Assembly (NCBI GenBank): GCA_903813345.2
Contig: CAIIXF020000001.1
Span: forward strand, 42,780,001 to 42,844,000
Length of the DNA: 64,000 nucleotides
Direction: 5' to 3'
From: Owenia fusiformis
Taxonomy: Eukaryota
Shown here: piece after piece, positions 61,801-64,000 of the stretch
Position numbering within the stretch: the stretch's first letter is position 1
How the letters are laid out: each line of letters opens with the position of its first letter
Notes under the pieces: generated by a model
What the model was told of the DNA's origin: nothing
Database searches by the model: none
What the model saw: the letters and a program-made list of their open reading frames with translations, nothing else
Made by a program: the position numbers and the translations under genes

Positions 61801-64000
61801 GTGTCTGTATTATCAGTTATGATCATACATGTTGTTGTTAGATTAACAGAAATGGTTGGCTTGACATCTTTTGCTGATATGATATTTATTTTACTGTCTA
61901 TGTTATAACAATTCAATTATTTTTGAACATGATAATATACAAAGGAAGATAAATCGTTCCATTTGCATTTCTGTGTTACCAGTGTAGCCACAAATCGATT
62001 AGTACCATTGATATGGTCGGGTCATGGTGACTGTGAAGTAGCATGACTGGCAATGATTACCAGGATATGATGTACATGCAAGGGGTTGTGAGCACTAGGG
62101 GTGTCTCATAAGTTTCGTACTAAATTCTACACATGTTATACTCTACTTGCAACTAACAGCCACAGCTATTACTATCCTTGTCTATAATATAGATTTCAGA
62201 ATTCAAGTTTAAAAAATGGTTTGATTTTCACATTTTTGAAGTTCACTAATTCCCCACCTACTGACTAAATGTATCGATTCGGCGGGAAATATAAAAGATG
62301 TTGCCTTACTAAACTAGTTTTAGGTAATTTTAACTCTGAAGGTTATGCTAACCTACATGTAGGCAGAATACCTGGCATGTCAGAAGCCACATGCCTCAGG
62401 TACGCACTTCATCCAAACTGCCCTTCAGTTATTATTCCAGCTTATGGCTAACTAACAAATTTGAACCTGAAAAAATATTATCTTTTTATAAATTTATTTA
62501 TGAACTAAACCTCCTCTTCCTTGTGTTTACTAAAGCTCGTCTATGTGACATATCAGCTTTATCAGGGGGAGTATATTGAGGCTAGGCTTTAAGGATAATC
62601 AAAAACGAAGTATATGTGCTATAAGATCAGTGCTATAAAATTACTTCAAATCCAGAATAAACATAAATTGGAAATTCTCTTAATAAATAGTCTGCTAGGA
62701 GTGTGGTCACAGATGGTCTGAATTGTGCCAGTTGCTGATGGGATTTATATTTGATGAAATATTTTTTTCTTGGATATGGCATTGCTGAGTGAAGTATTCA
62801 TGAGATGTTTATGTTCATTGATGTATATTCAAAATTAAAGAGAGTGGCATACAAGGGAGGTGTTCTTTAGAGAAATGTGTTTACAATATAAAGGTGTTCA
62901 ATTTGTTTATTATGTCAGTGATACTATATAGAATTTTCTCTCCGGGGAAATATTTATTAGAGAAAGTATGTTCTTTTTATATACAAAGATGTATCTATGT
63001 AGCAATAGATGTAAATCTAATTCCTGAATAGTGGAGTGTTTGACATTGTTTCTTTAGCTTGGGATATTGGGAGGTTTTAATCCTTATGGCTTCAAGTGCG
63101 TGCATAGATTTTCTTTATCTTGCATTTTTTTAAACATTTGAACTTTCTCCCTTTGGCAATCATGATGTCATATTATTTACAATGAGGTGTTTATTAAAAG
63201 GTGTTTGCTGTTGTAGGTTTGTCACCACAGACAGAGGTGTTCATTGAGACAGGTTTTCCTGTACTCCAAATGTTAACTTTTGTTTACATGACAGGTAATG
63301 TCAAATTGCTCTACTTTATCTGAACCAGAGCAGCTACAGCCATTGATGCAAAAGTCTAAGAATAATTAGAAACATGTGTAACACTTATCCTTCAACATTT
63401 CAGTGAATCCAAGCATCCATATATGTTATGCAAAAATAACTTTTGGCAATCATGTAAAATTAAATATTGTTATTTAGTTTTTTGTAAAAAATATTTAACA
63501 ATTTTGAAAGACTTTAATTTTGAATGGGGCTTGAATATAAATTATTGTTTAGAGGTCAGGAAAATGATTTTCAGTTGATAAATATGTGTATTAGATTTCG
63601 TGTGATAGTTATGTTTACTGTACCTGTTAAAAGAATGACTTCATACTTTTGGGAGTACAAGGAGAACACTGACACAGCCAGTGCCCACTCATTTATTTTT
63701 TATTTTTTGTTTATTTTTTTTATTTATTATAATCAATGTAACATATTTACAGGTTTTAGTGGCTATGACCCCCAAGAGGTAGTATTAGGTGCCAGAAACA
63801 CCCTATGTTATAATGATGATTCTTTGAATAAACATGCATTTGTTATAAAAACATTTGGGACAAGACACCATTGCTAACATGGTTTGTTCGCAATGTCTGT
63901 GTACTCAATATTGATTTATCCATAGATTCATTATCCATTAATGCAAATCAAAGTTCTATATATAATCAGAAATTAGATATGATAACAAACATCTAGAACA

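Overview
AT-rich eukaryotic genomic DNA with spliceosomal introns, from a bilaterian invertebrate (probably a lophotrochozoan such as a mollusc; inferred from protein style and repeat types). No prokaryotic features or CRISPR arrays. I assembled five protein-coding genes by hand from splice sites and reading frames: (1) the 3' part of SFT2D3/SFT2C (+, 691-4285); (2) lipoyltransferase LIPT1 (-, 8918-6499), whose first coding intron has U12 minor-spliceosome signals; (3) SNRNP40 (+, 10568-20143, 9 exons), head-to-head with LIPT1; (4) an uncharacterised secreted 241-aa protein with signal peptide, Sushi/CCP domain, three EGF domains and a repeated RTR tail (-, 28064-23952); (5) intronless c-Jun (-, 37119-36214) with a motif-dense immediate-early promoter. 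The most unusual structure is a pair of about 98% identical 574-bp MITEs in inverted orientation. They bracket the ~600-bp LIPT1/SNRNP40 bidirectional promoter and first exons, and carry ZNF143/YY1-like motifs themselves. The rest is rich in non-autonomous DNA transposons: Tc1/mariner-like, hAT-like, a Transib-like element with a 5-bp TSD, elements with 6-bp TSDs, and nested Helentron/HINE elements carrying satellite arrays. There are also minisatellites and very decayed LINE fragments. About 26 kb upstream of jun has no exon I could recognise. All alignments and counts were done by eye.
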